In this document: in pieces, positions 62,898 through 64,000 of the stretch | Numbering within the stretch: the first letter of the stretch is position 1 | Layout: each line of letters begins with the position of its first letter | From: Paraphysomonas bandaiensis | Lineage: Eukaryota > Protista > Chrysophyceae | Length of the DNA: 64,000 nt | Assembly: GCA_965644295.1 (NCBI GenBank) | Contig: CBFFRP010000235.1 | Coordinates: 1 to 64,000, forward strand | Direction of reading: 5' to 3' | Notes under the pieces: model-generated | Told to the model about the DNA's origin: nothing | The model's database searches: none | What the model saw: the letters and a program-made list of their open reading frames with translations, nothing else | Made by a program: the position numbers and the translations under genes

Positions 62898-64000
62898 ATG
62901 TGGACACGTAGAGTTACTATATCCTCCATTAAACCTTATCGTTCATTATCTACATCTTCAATTCCTATAAAGAAAACACTGAAAGATGGATTGACTCTTC
63001 AAGATTTCTTAAATCAAGATCAAAAGAAATATATAAAAACACTCCCCAATAAATCAAAACGGATTCAATTGAATGATTCTTTATCATTCTATATTGAAAC
63101 ATATGGATGTCAAATGAATGTATCTGATAGTGAGATTGTACGAAGTGTTTTATTAGATGCAGGACATTCTATCAGTGATACCATTGAGACAGCAGATATT
63201 ATATTAGCTAATACATGTGCTATACGTGAGAATGCGGAAGCTAAAGTTTGGCATCGTTTAAATTACTTTAAATCAATTAAATCAAAGAATCGTGTACATC
63301 AACAGAAGCCAGGATATCCTATAGTAGGAGTATTGGGATGCATGGCTGAACGCCTGAAGACATCCTTATTGGAAGAAGAGAGTGTAGATTTTGTATGTGG
63401 ACCAGATGCATACAGAGACATTCCTTTACTTGTCAATATTGCAACCTCCACTGGTATGGTTATGAGAGAGTAGTGTGTACATCTGCGGAATGTGTAACGT
63501 TTTATGTATATGCTCTGATGTGTGCCATCTAATACAGTGCTCTTTTTGCAGACCAAAAAGCAGCCAATGTACAGCTTTCATTGGAGGAGACATACGCTGA
63601 TATTACTCCTGTGAGAGAGGTGTCTTCGACTAGTGCTTTTGTGTCAATTATGAGAGGGTGTAATAACATGTGTGCATGTAAGTACACCATCTACCGCTTT
63701 CCTGTACATCTGCCACAATCACATTTCCGCGTATTGTCTTTTAACCCAGACACACAGCTCGTCTGTGTCTGGTGTAGACAGCGCATATAAAAATGTACTC
63801 TTTGGAAAAAGCCGTCTGGTGTGCGTACCACATGCTAGTCGGAAGAGACCTCTGATACATATGTTTTCATAACACAAGTACAACTATTACAAACGATATT
63901 GTATCCATTTCTCTTATAAACTTCTTATATGGTTCTTGATATTTTGCGATTTTGTTTAGACTGCATTGTTCCTTTCACGAGAGGACGAGAGCGTAGTCGT
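62898..64000 (+). CDS. CDK5RAP1: Mitochondrial tRNA methylthiotransferase MiaB/CDK5RAP1, 3' partial
   Basis: [41 protein letters not shown], radical [11 protein letters not shown]|[14 protein letters not shown] across an intron. Confidence 0.95.
63727..63862 (+). ncRNA. Candidate intronic box H/ACA snoRNA in CDK5RAP1 intron 2
   Basis: Two hairpins (CCAGACAC../..GTGTCTGG; CCGTCTGGTGTG/CATGCTAGTCGG), H box ATATAA, ACA at 63857; 3' end AGTCGGAAGAGACCTCTGATACAT identical to the Sec24 copy. Confidence 0.8.

Overview
Gene-dense, AT-rich eukaryotic nuclear DNA with short GT-AG introns. A stramenopile/chrysophyte-like protist is suggested by the KRE6/TGS-type GH16 gene, algal-type Hv1 channels and a stramenopile-type hAT remnant; this is inference, not identification. 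Protein genes: two Hv1 voltage-gated proton channel paralogs, an F-box/FIST (FBXO22-like) protein, a degenerate serine-carboxypeptidase-like protein, cytochrome c peroxidase, Sec24, TMEM184-like, nocturnin, a Sec14/CRAL-TRIO protein, a Na/K-ATPase-like protein with intact reading frame but dead catalytic motifs, serine dehydratase, KRE6/SKN1, a multi-domain glycosyltransferase, TFIP11 and the start of MiaB/CDK5RAP1. Mobile DNA: the 3' part of an intact Ty1/copia element, hAT and Gypsy remnants, palindromic MITEs, a 2-kb TIR element containing a 310-bp near-perfect palindrome, and five copies of a ~500-nt non-coding retroelement whose 5' end has HDV-like ribozyme architecture. Two paralogous intronic H/ACA snoRNA candidates sit in unrelated host genes. 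Exon structures were read by hand and coordinates may be off by a few bases.
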